Both the position numbers and the translations under genes were made by a program. 64,000 bases of DNA. It comes from Euglena gracilis (lineage: Eukaryota). Below, in pieces: positions 1-12,700 of this stretch. The stretch is taken from positions 32,899,455 through 32,963,454 of the forward strand of contig CP154954.1 in the NCBI GenBank assembly GCA_039621445.1. The letters are read 5' to 3'. The notes beneath the pieces are model-generated. The model saw only the letters and a list, made by a program, of their open reading frames with translations. It had not been told where the DNA came from and did no database searches. Position 1 is the first letter of the stretch, and the number at the start of each line of letters is the position of its first letter.

Positions 1-479
1 GCCTGATTTGTCACAAACAATTGCTCTAGTGGGGGCAAAAGTGTTTGCAGCCAAAAGGATCAGTGCTGTGCCTCCAAATATCCCCAGTCTTGACTTTAAA
101 ATATTTTTTGGGGGGCGTTCAAAAAGTTATGAGCAAAAGTCGTTCAAAAAGTTATGCTCCATACTGTATTGCGTGCAAGTCCCATTAAGAGCTCAGTACT
201 ATTCAAAAACCTGGTCCCGAAGTCGGGTTCTGGTGGAATATTATCAGGATTGAAAATATCGCTTCAAAAAAAGGCAATTCCTAATTTAATTTGTCCAGTT
301 CCAGGTCTTCCAAAAAACTGCTTTCTTTTATCCCTTAAAAAAACGTACGTGTGCTTTTGGACAGAAGAAAAACTTTAAAGGGAAGAGAAGAAGGGTTCGG
401 GAGAGGCGATGGTGTTAAAGGAAAGAGGAGGTTAGAGCGATGAACAAATACAGCACAGAAAAGTTGGACTTGGTCCAAC

Positions 480-632
480 CTTGGTTAGCTCTCGGTCATC
501 CATGGTGACTTTGTGACTCTGCCCGCCGTCAAAAGCAGGACTGAAATCCAGACGCAGATGTTGATTTGTCAAATGGCGGTGAACTTCCGGGATTGTGGAG
601 GTCAGGCACACCCCAAACAAAATTTCTACTCC
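480..632 (-). CDS. Internal exon of a gene running off the left edge (hypothetical protein)
   Basis: Polypyrimidine tract + cag|, then 51 open codons (GVEILFGVCL...MDDRELTK), then |gt. Further candidate exons at ~720-765 and ~945-1050. Confidence 0.4.
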
Positions 633-1759
633 CTGTAAAGAAAAAGGAAACAAAGGTACCAACTGCAAAAACAACACAACAACAATAACAAAACAACTTA
701 ACCCTCTCCTCCCATAGAGGGGTTCAATCTCAGCTGACTTCCATACAGAATGGACAAACCCTTGTTGATGACCGAGGGAGAGAAACACACACACAGGGGG
801 AACTGTTGGTTGATTATGCGAGAAAAATGAGGGAGTGGGCAAAAGAAGGATAGTCATTCTGCAGGTGTGACTCCTCCTTTCAAGCTCTGTAGTGTGTGCC
901 TCTGTTTCGGTGTGTGTGTGTGCATGCGCATGTGTAGCTCTGACCCAAAGGTGGGCAATGAGGTTAACGTAGGATGGCTCAGCGTGTGGCATCTGGTTTC
1001 TGGGCACGGCATACTTCAATGGCGATGGACCGACCCACACCGAAAGGATGCATTTTGTTTGCAATGCACATCATTGCACAGAGTGGCTTGCTGGGTGTGT
1101 CCAGTGTGCCGAAATGAAATGCGCAAAAGGGGTGATTGCCACCTGCACCACGCGAACCCGATTAGTGGGAAAGGAAGGGACAGCGGTGGGTCAGAGGAGG
1201 CAGGTTGGAGGGGCAGGGAGGGAAGGGAGCGGTGCTCCGTGAAGTGCCTACGTGAGAGCCGGGGGGAAATGGTGGGAAGGGAGGCCCAGCCCTCCCGTCT
1301 TCGCCCCCCTTTCTCCCGCACTGGCCATCCACGGGTTGGGTGGTTGGGGTGGATGAAGCTACCCCCCCTCGGTCCTGCATGCGGATGAGTGTCAGGACTG
1401 TGCGTGATGAGTCCCAGAACAACCTTCAGGGGAACGACATAGGGAGGGCACATAATGCGGGAGTGGTGTCACATATTCCTTGGCGCGGCTGTTTTCTCAA
1501 CGGGCAAAACAAACTGATGTGGAATAAAACAAATTGTCTTTTGAAGTTCACCTCCTCTTCTTGAAAATGACCAACAGTTTTGTTTTCGCAAACAGAAACG
1601 TGGTTTGTACGGAGGGGACACAAACAAAAATGAATCCCTCTCAAAGACAACTGAGGAAGAGCAAGACGCAAAGGCATCGGGGCTGAAGGGAGGCATTCGC
1701 CCAAATGGGACACACACAGGACAGAAACGGAGTTGGGGCTGGCGGTGGTGGGCAGCGGC

Positions 1760-4700
1760 CTAGAACGACCCGAGGCCGTCGGGGGGCCCCTGCAGGGCCT
1801 TGCGGCCGGTGGGCCGGGGCCCGGGGGCGGTCGGGGAGTGGCTGACCATCCGCTTCCCCAGCAGAGCGCTTCCCTGGTACGTGACGCAGCCCCCCGGTCC
1901 GAGGCGGCCCTTCGGCGTTCTGTGGACGAGAGGGGTTGGCCCGCAGCGTTTTGAGCTGGGGGTTGTTGTTGTCAATGGTTGCCATCAGGCATTATTTTTT
2001 TTAATAGCGCATTGGAATTTTGTGTGAGAAAAATAGACTTGGGCAAAATGAGGGCAAAATTGCAGCAGAAAATGTTTTAGTTTCTGGTCCTGGAGGTTTG
2101 ATCCCCCCATGTGTGTGTGGAAGCCACATTCTTAATGCCTCCCCCCCGGGGGGGGGGTGACCTGGGTCCGACGACCGGCAAGCACCTATAATTGACCCCC
2201 AGATTTTCGCCATTTTCGGCCATTTTCGGCCATTTTCGGCCACTTTTTTTCCCTATAAGTGCCTTAAAGTAAAGCTGCCTTAAAATTCTTTCATACCTAC
2301 AATGCATTTTGATCATTCAGTCAACATGCAAGCAGTCGTGACAAGCTAACGCATCCAAGGAGGTCCGTTTGGAATGAATGGGTGCTCAGGGATTAAAGAG
2401 GTCAAAGAGTTTTTTGTTGCAATATGCAAATGCAAGGTTTTGGGAATAGGCTTCTTTTTTCCTTCCAGAGAGGCTCTTGCCCACTTTGGTCATTTTTTGC
2501 TGCGGGTTCTTGGGACGCAACATGAGAGTGGTTGGCACATGACATATTAACCACAATGGTGGATGGCAACACCAAAACTGGTGCTTTTCTCTTCAAGCCT
2601 CTTGGCGTGGATGCTTTTCACAAACAACTTCCCCTGACCTATTCCAACTTGATACCCCAAACAACATTGTTTGATGGTGGCACTGTTAGATCCCATCCAC
2701 TTGTGTGCAATAAACCTGATGCAGGAATCACACCTTTAACGGAGAAAAAAACGCATCACATACTTTGCCTGGTTGCACCTTGTCACCACAATTTTCTGAA
2801 ACGTCACCAAAACCATTGGTTTTGGCCCAAATAACCCATTCGGAGGTGGTTCTTTGAGCAGCATGTGTTCCATGGTCAGGCACAATGGCAGGAGAATGGG
2901 GCCTGACTTCAAAGAAGCCTTGATATAAAAATTTCATCCGTCATGTTGAGACGATCACCCGTCTGGATGTGGCGAAATTGGGAGAAAATGCGCTCAGCTT
3001 GAGCGGCAGAACAAAAGCAAACAAACGTGTGATCGGCCTATCATGTTGAAATATTGACATCAAATGTGCTCACAACTGTCCAGTGTTTGCATCTTGTTCA
3101 ACATCGCATCTTATCCAACATCTACATCTTGTCCAACGTCTACATCCATTGCATCAGCAATCACTGCACCTTGACTGGTGTGTGCATCTTGTCCAATACC
3201 CGCATCTTGTCAAGATCTTAATCTTGACCAGTATCTGCATCCACTGCATCTTCTCCAGCATCTGCATCTTGTCCAATGTCTGCATCTTGTCCAGCATCTG
3301 CATCTTGTACAACATCTGCATCTTGTCCAATCTGCATCTTGTACAGCATCTGCATCTTGTACAACATCTGCATCTTGTCCAATGTCTGCATCTTGTTCAG
3401 CATCTGCATTCATTGCATCTTGTCCAGTATCTGCAACCACTGCATCCACTGGCTCCCAACCTAGCAAAATGACCATAGAAAGCCTAAAACTGACCGCAAA
3501 AGGCCCCAAAAAGCAACCAAAATGACCTTCAAATGGCTTCAAATGACCAAAATGGCTTCAAATAACCTAAACTTGCCCAAAAACGCCAACAATGTCCACA
3601 AAAAAAAATTGTGAAAAATAACCCAAAATCACCAAAATGTCGCAAAATGGCCAAAAATGCCATAAAATGTGCTCATATTGACCCAAATTAGCCCAATATT
3701 TGCCAAATCAGTGCAAAATATTCCAAAAATTAGCAAAAATTGATCCAAAATGGGGCCAAGAGGTGCAATACTGGAGATTTGTAGAGAAATTATCCCCAAA
3801 ATGGGTTTAATTCTTCAAAATATACCAAAAAATGCCAGCATCGCCCTTGTCACCAAAATGTTCTGAAATGCCATCAAAACATTCAGCTTTGGCCCAAATA
3901 ACCCTTTCGGAGGTGGTTCTTTGAGCAGCATGTGTTGCAGGGCCAGGCATAATAACAAAAGAAGAGAGGCTGCACAGAGATAAGAATCAGTCGCACTGAA
4001 AATTGCCCCTCAGGGAAAAAGAAACTGTTAGGCAAAAAAAATGGTAAAAATTTGCAACAATTTTTTTTCTCATTTTCGGCCATTTTCGGCCATTTTTACT
4101 ATAGGTGCTTGCCCGCGGCACGGGGGAAGTGCGCGGTTTTCAGGCAACCGGCAGTGGATTCAGGGAGGATAGGCACTTAATTTTTAGGAATAGGGTCAGG
4201 GCCGGATCGGTGCGCTAAAAATTGGTCCTATTTAGGGACAAAGTTATGCCAGAAGTTGGGTCACATTTTTAGGCCAAAAAACGTGCCCAAATTCAGCCAA
4301 AATTTGTCCGGAATGCGGCCTAACTTGGGCCTAAACCCCCCCAAAAAGTGCGCAGCGCCCTAATTAAGCGCAGTGCCCAAATAAGTGGCACCCCCAAGGG
4401 GTCCGAAACTACCTCCCTAAAAGTGCGCACCCCCCCAAAGGAGAAACCGCTGTAACATCGCCAGTGGGAAGGCAGGCACAATTATGCTGAAGGCCCCTGA
4501 CTCATCAGAACACAATCTGTTGCCTGTTGACTCGTTGCTTGACATCACAACAAGGGGAAGAGTTGAAAACAGAGTGTTAGAAACTAAGTATTCTGTGCTT
4601 GGCCCTAATAAGTGCGCAGTGTGCAACCTCTGGGAGTCCAGTCAGAATCCTAACCGTGTCCCAATCCAAAACCTCGACTTTCTCGAAAAGTCAGACCTGC

Positions 4701-6700
4701 GTCACCCCATATGACCCCCTCCTGGATGTTTTTGATGCCCCTCCCCCCCGGAGGGGCCATTAAGAATATGCCTGCCAATGATATTTGTACACAGAAAGCC
4801 TGAGGGGCATACAATGCTGGCAGGAGGGGTCAGGGAGGCTTGTTATTCTGTGGGTCAGCGGAATGTTTTTCTTCATTCATCTTGTACAAAAGGTTTCCTT
4901 GTTATATTCCCTCGCCCATTGAGCCACAACTTATTTTGATTGGCTGGCCAAAGAGATTCAATTGATCGTTCGAGGTACCAGATTACCAAGCTGAACCACC
5001 AAATATTTACCTTTCGCCTGTAATTTCTGGTACTTCCTTGATCGGTTTGCTTTTTACATGTTATCAGATATTACTGATGCTGCCACTCACCTCTTGGATG
5101 GCCACCAGGGATTACTTTTCAAGGCAATTTTTTTCAAATTTTAAGGCCTTTTAAAGCATTTCTTAAGGCTTTTTAAGGCATTTAAGGCATTTTACAGCGG
5201 TATTTTTCAGGGCAGTCAAAAGGTTGTCCAGGCACCAAACTAACGTTTTGGATTTTGCACGTTTCACAGAATCAAAAAAAGAGTCAAAATACACATTTCT
5301 TTTGAGATTTGGTTGGATAGACAATGTTCCAGCGATGCCAGAAATCATTTTTCTTCCCGAGTTGGCCTTTATTTGCTGAGATTTTGCAGTTTTCATTTTT
5401 GCTTGGTTGGGGAAAATTCTGGCAGACCAAATGTTTGAAGGCATTTCAAGGCCTTTCAAGGCTTTTTGACCAAAGTTTTTAAAACGCATTTCGAGGCTAC
5501 TACTTTGGCAGAAAACATCAATTTTTGACGATTTTTTTTTTCAGGAACTTTTCTGTTCATGGATGCCCACATTCTGCATTCTGCGTCCTCTTGGCGCTCC
5601 AGTTGGGGGGTTGGGTTGCATTGGCATATCAAAGCTGCCACAGGGGTTGTGTTCGTTTGTCTTCTTTTCAAATCGAACACCCACGGCAATGTGCTGTTGT
5701 ATCCGCCTCTCCCGAGGCTGCTCTGAGGCGCTCTGGGCCCACCTCCCACTTCGCTGCGGAGGGCGACCCGGGTGTCCTCCAGGGACGGCTCGGCGGCGGC
5801 CGGCGGAACTCCAAACGTGGCCGGGGCATCTCCCGGAGGCGCATGCCTGGTCATGGTCCGTGGCCGGTGTCCCACCGGAGGTCTGGCTCCGGTCGGCCGG
5901 GGAAGGCAGCCGAGCACGTCGGTCATTCGTTCCGAAACCGACCAATCCCGACGCTCACCCCAACGCCAATCCAACACACATACGCAGGGCGGTCCTTAAG
6001 CAAAAAAAAAAAAAAAAAATCCCGTCCCGGCACAGCCGAGAAATTTTTTTGAAAATCCATGACCGAAAAGTGGCCGTATTTTGCCCGAAACGGGTCGACT
6101 TCGGGAAAAAAAGTGATTCCTGGCACTTTTGGAACATCGCCCATCCGCCCATAGCGTCAAAAAATGCGTTTTTCGACTTTTTGGTTTTCGACCCCCGTTC
6201 AAGTCCCGGTCGATCCTTGGTCGGGGGGGCGGTCCTTAAGGGGCGGTCCTTAACGAAAAAAAAAAAAAAAAACTTCCCGTCCCTTATGGACCGCCCTGCA
6301 CATACGACCACTCATCTCAACAAATCCCAACACGAACCCCAGCCCTTCTGCCAAACATAATTGTCTCTCGCCACCCCCCTCCCCCCGCCCTGAAGTAAGC
6401 ACCGCCGGGGCGTAGTGGTCCGGCAGCGCCAGCTTGTCCCGGGGGGCATTCGCCACGCGCCGCCGCTGGTGGAGCCGCGTGTTCTGGGGCGAATGGGAGG
6501 CTGGGGGACGATACTGGGTGGCCCGGGTTTGCCAAGAAACCTCAAAATCCCCCTTTTGCCCAGTGAATTTTCAGTTAAATATGCCAGCACATTTTTTTTC
6601 TCACATTGAAAATGATCCTGGGGGGGTCATGGGTGGTGGGGTTCCCCCTTCAAAAAGAAAAAATGCTGGGTGTTAGGCCCGGGGAAAAATGCCCACTCGC

Positions 6701-6745
<45 letters not shown>

Positions 6746-9700
6746 AAGGGGGGGTAAGGGGGGGGGTAAGGGGGGGTAAGGGGGGGGTCGGGGGGGTAAG
6801 GGGGGGTAAGGGGGGGTAAGGGGGGGTAAGGGGGGGTAAGGGGGGGTGGGTAAGGGGGGGGTAAGGGGGTGTGGGGGGGGGGTTAGGGGGGGGCAAGGGG
6901 GGGAAAGGGGGGGGAAGGGGGGGGTAAGGGGGGGTAAGGGGTGGGTAAGGGGGGGTAAGGGGGGGTAAGGGGGGGTGGTAAGGGGGGGTAAGGGGGGGTA
7001 AGGGGGGGGGTAGGGGGGGGTGGTTAGGGGGTGGTAATGGAGAGGAATTGAGGTTGTTTTTGATCTGTATGCAGATTTGCAGTCCTCAAAAGAGGCCCAT
7101 ATACGCGTTTTTTCGCAGTAAACAATTTGCAATGCCAAACACTGGACACACAATCAGTTTGACCCACGGAAAGGATATTGTTATTTGAGTTCCAGGGGGG
7201 GGTTCGGGGGGGGGCGGAGCCCCCCCCCCGCCACTGCAAACGGTTGAGCAAAAAAGGAATTTGCTATGCCTACATTATGCGGAAAACCGAATTTTCAATG
7301 CCAAACACTGGACACAGAATTCAGACGCAAAATCAGTTTGACCCACGGAAAGGATATTGGTATGTGGGTTCCAGGGGGGGGTTCGGGGGGGGGCGGAGCC
7401 CCCCCCCGCCACTGCAAACGGTTGAGCACAAAAGGAATTTGCTATGCCTACATTATGCGGAAAACCGAATTTTCAATGCCAAACACTGGACACAGAATTC
7501 AGACGCAAAATCAGTTTGACCCACGGAAAGGATATTGTTATTTGGGTTCCAGGGGGGGGTTCGGGGGGGGGCGGAGCCCCCCCCCGCCACTGCAAACGGT
7601 TGAGCACAAAAGGAATTGGCTATGCCCATATGCTGCGCAAAACCGAATTTTCAATGCCAAACACTGGACACAGAATTCAGACGCAAAATCAGTTTGACCC
7701 ACGGAAAGGATATTGTTATTTGGGTTCCAGGGGGGGGTTCGGGGGGGGGGCGGAGCCCCCCCCCGCCACTGCAAACGGTTGAGCACAAAAGGAATTTGCT
7801 ATGCCTACATTATGCGGAAAACCGAATTTTCAATGCCAAACAATGGACACAGAATTCAGACGCAAAATCAGTTTGACCCACGGAAAGGTTACCACCAATT
7901 GGCCCTGAAGCAGTGAGGGGGGTAAGGGGGGGGGGTAAGGGGGGGTAAGGGGGGGGGGGTAAGGGGGGGTAAGGGGGGGGTAAGGGGGGGTAAGGGGGGG
8001 TAAGGGGGGGTAATGGGCGGTAAGGCCGGTAAGGGGGGGTAAGGGGGGGTAAGGGGGGGGGTAAGGGGGGGGGAAGGGGGGGTAAGGGGGGGTAAGGGGG
8101 GGGAAGGGGGGGGAAGGGGGGGTAAGGGGGGGGAAGGGGGTCGGGGGGGTAAGGGGGGGTAAGGGGGGGTAAGGGGGGGTAAGGGGGGGTAAGGGGTCCC
8201 CACTTCGTGCCATGTCTCGGAAATTGACTTTGAAAAAAATTCTGATTTTTAGCATTAATAGACCATTGCCACCCAAAGCATCGGAAAATATGTTTGTCGA
8301 CGTTATAATCTACTATTGCTTCGTCCTAACCCTGTTCAGGCCAGCCGCCAATGGGGTGGTCCTCAGTAAGAAAAAAATACCTTGTCCCCAATGGACCACC
8401 CTGATCCCCCCGGGGGGGTGACCCACCCACCAGGACGTGCCCTTAACGACCTCCTCCAGAAACCAGTGGGGGGAAAATAGGGGGGAAATGGGCAGGCCAT
8501 CTCAGATTTGGGAATAAAAATGGCAGCCACCTACCTTAGGCCCCCCGGGGGGGGGGGGGGCGATAGTCAGCCTGGGGGATGGTGGTACACGAGTTCCACC
8601 CTTTGGGGAGAATTTGGGCTATTTTTCAAGATAGGGTTAGGGTAACGGCCGGACTCTCAGAGAGCTTCCTGGCCTTTTTTGGGGGAATTTAATGCATTTC
8701 GGACCGAGGGAGAGACAATTTAGGTCGAATTCAAGCAGTTTTTAGGCGGATTGTGTTCTTAAAAACATTTCGAAATGGGGACCTGACTTCCAGCCTACCT
8801 TGGTCCCTAAAAATGGCCAATTTTTGGCGCATCGATCCTTACCCTAACCCTATTCCTGCCCCTTCCAAGGCTATTTGGGCAGGACCCAAAACCACGATGG
8901 ACCGATTGGCCACGTTCCCGAAAAATAATTTGTTGTCATGTGCTGTTCATTGATATTTGTAATAGAATTTAATGCTTTGATTCATCAAATAATGGAACAT
9001 TGTGGCATTTCAGTTCCTCCTGATTTCCCAAAAAGGTGCATTAATTTTCGCGTGTTTTCCCTTGAAAAGGGGTCGGGCAAAATCATTTGGACCGGACTTT
9101 TCGGCCTTCCCCCCCTGCAAAGTTATTTGGGCACGCAAAGCTTCAGGGCACTGCAAAGTTATTTGGGGGAGGTTCAATCACTCATTCTCCCCGAACCTGG
9201 CCACAATTGCCCGATTCCGGCGCATTTCCTGGGTGCTGCGGGGCCGAATTCCGGGGAAATGGGCACCGGGTACCTCCCCCCCCCCTGGACTGACTTTCGC
9301 CCACCCCCCAACCCCCACCCCACCTGCCATAAAAATATCATAATTTGCTGGTTCGCCCCTTTTTGCCGCTTTAATTTTTTCCCAGCCCGGCCAGCTGCAG
9401 ACGAGGGGGCCCCTATAGGGAGGTTGGCCAAGCCAATTTCCCCCTCATTTTCCGGCCAACGCCTCTGAGTTGCCCCTCTCAGGGGGCCCTGACATCATCC
9501 AATAAAGCAAATAAATCCATTACTGCCCTGCCGCCCGTTAGATAGAAACCAAATGCTTTTATGGGAAAAGGCTGAAAAACCATTTTAAAAATATTTCTCC
9601 TGAGCGCCGGGAAAAGGCTTCTGGCTGGCTGGACCCCCATGAGGAGCGTTGGAAGGATGCCTTATTCACATAATTGCTGTTTTTTTTCTTTCATCATTTG

Positions 9701-12700
9701 GTTACTATATAGGTTAAACCCCCCCCCAAATAATACCCCCCCCCCCAAATAATACTCCCCCCCCCTCGGGGTCCGACTTCGGACGCCGAAATAATACCCC
9801 CCCCCCCTGTTCTGGGCCGAAGGCCCGGATTTTTGACCTGAAAATGTCGGTAAAAACCACAATCTCTGACAACAAATTACGAAAAAAATCAATTTTTCTG
9901 GCTCATCTGACCTGCATAAAATGGTAAATTTCACAAGAAAGTGCAAAAAATGACCCCAAAGGGGGTTTTGGGTGCTATTTTGGGTTTTACGGGACTTCGA
10001 AAAATTTCGAAATTTTTGGAAAAATAACACCCCCCCCAAATAATACCCCCCCCCCCTCGGGCCGGGACTTCGGGCGAAAAAATAATACCCCGGGGGGTAT
10101 TATTTGGGGGGGGTTTACTTGTTATTATTAAGTTATAACTGGGTCATGATAAACAGGTTATATTCATCGACGCTGCTAATACCTCGTTGTGGGCACTTTA
10201 TGGAGGGAGTTTGCTTTTCGCCACCAATTCAAGACCCGGATTACACCGGGGGCTTAATGCTTTAAAGCATCAATAAGGCGGCGTCCCCACACCTGTTCGG
10301 AGTAGCGGCCGTTGGGGGTCGCCTCGGGGCGGAGGTACTCCAGCGGTGAGGCCAGGTTGCGGTACTCGGGGCCCTTCCGCTTCAGCGGCACGCCGGCCAG
10401 TGCGCTGAACTCCTCGTCGAAGTGCGTCCCCAGCGAGGAGAAGAGCGGGTCCTGTACCTTGACGGAGTACCTGCAGGGGAATTGTGCATGGTGACCCCAG
10501 AGACAACCATGGGAGTGCTGGGGGGGGGGGGTCAATACTTCCAGGAACTGATGGCGAAAATCTGACTCCTAGAAATACCCCAACAAATACCCATTTTTTA
10601 GTTTGAAATCCCTTACAATGGTTTAAAAGATTTAGCACCTTAAATGGTGCTGGTAACATGAAAAGCAAAATTTTTTTGGCGATAAAACCCACAAAACCGT
10701 CAAATGGGGGGGGATCATTTTGCTGGTCGGTCAGCCTGGGGGAGGGAGGCTTAATGGATGCTTATGGACAGGGATGGGATGGCGGCGGTTCCGGCCCACT
10801 GACAGCTGCAAATGGCAGTCGATGGCGCCACGACGAGTGGAAGCCTCACGTGTCTGCCAGGGCGGTCCTTAAGCAAATAAAAAAAACAAACTCCGCTGTC
10901 CCAGCACAATCAATGCAAAATCCACCAGAAAATGGGAAAAGAAATTGGGAATTTTCGGCAAGAACAGGTCGATATCGGGGAAAAAAGTGATTCCTGGGGT
11001 CCTTGGACCATCGCCCATCCACCCAAATCATCAAAAGATGTGTGTTTGAACATTTTAATTTTGGACCCTGTTCAAGTCCCAGTCTGGTTCTTGGCTGGCC
11101 CTTTGGCCGAAGGGGGGGGGCGGTCCTTAAGAAAATAATAAAAAAAACTTTCCTGTCCCTTAATGACCGCCCTGGTGTCTGCGCCGGCAGCAGTGGGGGC
11201 AGCAGGGCAGGCAGGCATTATTTCTTAAGGTGCCTTAAAATCTCAAAAAACTCCCAAAAACCTTGAAATATTTCGAAATTTTCGTTTTAAAAACAGTGCC
11301 TGGTCAATGCTTCCAGGAACTATGGTCAAAATTTGACCCCTAAAAAAATACAAATGCCCTATTTTTTATTTGTAAACTGTCAGCGTGGTTCAAAAAATAG
11401 CATTCTAAATGGTGGTTGGTCACACAGAATGCCAAAAAAACCTTTTTTTTTGGGAGTGTGGCGGGCGGGGTGGGGCGGGGCGGGGCGGCACTTGATGGAG
11501 CCCGCCATGCGGTCCAGCCGCTCCTGCATCGACCGGTCCAGGGTCGCCTGGCTGCCGGATGCGCCGAGCGATGCGGCGGCCGGCGCGGCGCCGTCCCCGC
11601 GACTGCGGCCGCGCGACGCGCCCATGGCGTGGGCGGGGCTGGCCTCGACGCGGGCGAGGATCTCCGACTGGATCGGGCGGGGCCCGGCGTCTGTTTCGCA
11701 CCCCCTGGGGGGGGGCAGAGGTGTGCCTGGTGCTGTGGGGGGGTTGGCCCATACCAGGGGCCTAGACAATCTTCCAGAAAATTGGCCATTTTCGGGCCCC
11801 CAGCGTCTTCCACGCCGGGGTGTGTGTGTGTGTGTGTGTGTGTGTGTTGTGAGCGGGTTGTGTTGTGTGTGTGTGTGTGTGTGTTGTGTGTTGTGTTTGT
11901 GTGTTGTTTGTGTGTTGTGTGTGTTGTGTGTGTGTTGCGTGTGTGTGTGTTGTGTGTGTGTTATGTGTGTGTGTTGTGTGTGTTGTGTGTGTGTTGTGTG
12001 TGTGTGTTGTGTGGGTGTGTGTGTTGTGTTGTGTGTGTGTTGTGTTGTGTGTGTGTGTGTGTGTGTGTGCTATAGCTTAACCCACCCCAAAGCCAAATGC
12101 CCACCGAGGTGTGAGGGCGTTGAAGTGCCCTCCCTCCATATTGTTGGTGGGTGGTCGTAAAAAGAAGCCTGGGCGGTACACCGACTGCGCCCAACCCTCG
12201 TGCAGCGCCTCCTTCCTCCTCTGTTGCTGATCATCCAGCTGCGGTGGGTGGGACGACAGGGTCCGGAGGCAGTGCAAAACAACAACTACGGGGGGGGTCA
12301 ATGTTGCGTCCTGGCGGTGAAAAAGTTTGCTGGAAAACGGTCATTTTTGGGGGCCAAATGCCTTCGGTGCTGGGGGCACGGTGTTACCCTCCCACTCTGC
12401 AAACCGGACTCCTGCGGTCGAAAATGCCTTCCCACTGCCCACCCCGCCCCCCGGGGGGGCCCTTCTTTCAAAAGAAGTTTGCACAACACACACACACACA
12501 ACACAGTGACACAATTGGTGTACTTGGTGTATGTCCTCTAGGTTGTTGACCATGGTCAGTGGGTGTGCATAAATGATATCACTTACACTTTTGACAAAAA
12601 TGACGGGGAAAAATGACGGAAAATTTTCGATTTTGGAAAGGGTGGGCGATGAGCCAGGGGGTGTGAGGAATCAATTTTCTTCCGATGTCGATCTATCTGT

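Noticed and set aside
3083-3542. QHLHLV / pentapeptide-like repeat protein
   Set aside because: An 18-bp minisatellite that is open in several frames on both strands.
4900-5110. Minus-strand 'PWWP' peptide suggesting a PWWP domain
   Set aside because: Multiple stops and only a four-residue match; not supportable.
6703-7037. True telomere
   Set aside because: Interstitial and intronic, and the unit differs from TTAGGG.
7130-7888. CRISPR-like regular repeats
   Set aside because: Units are contiguous near-identical copies with no unique spacers and no cas genes, in a eukaryotic context.
6627-8276. Extensin-like PPYPP ORFs and repeated 'MPNTGHRIQ' ORFs
   Set aside because: Translations of TAAG7 arrays and the 178-bp tandem repeat; open in several frames.
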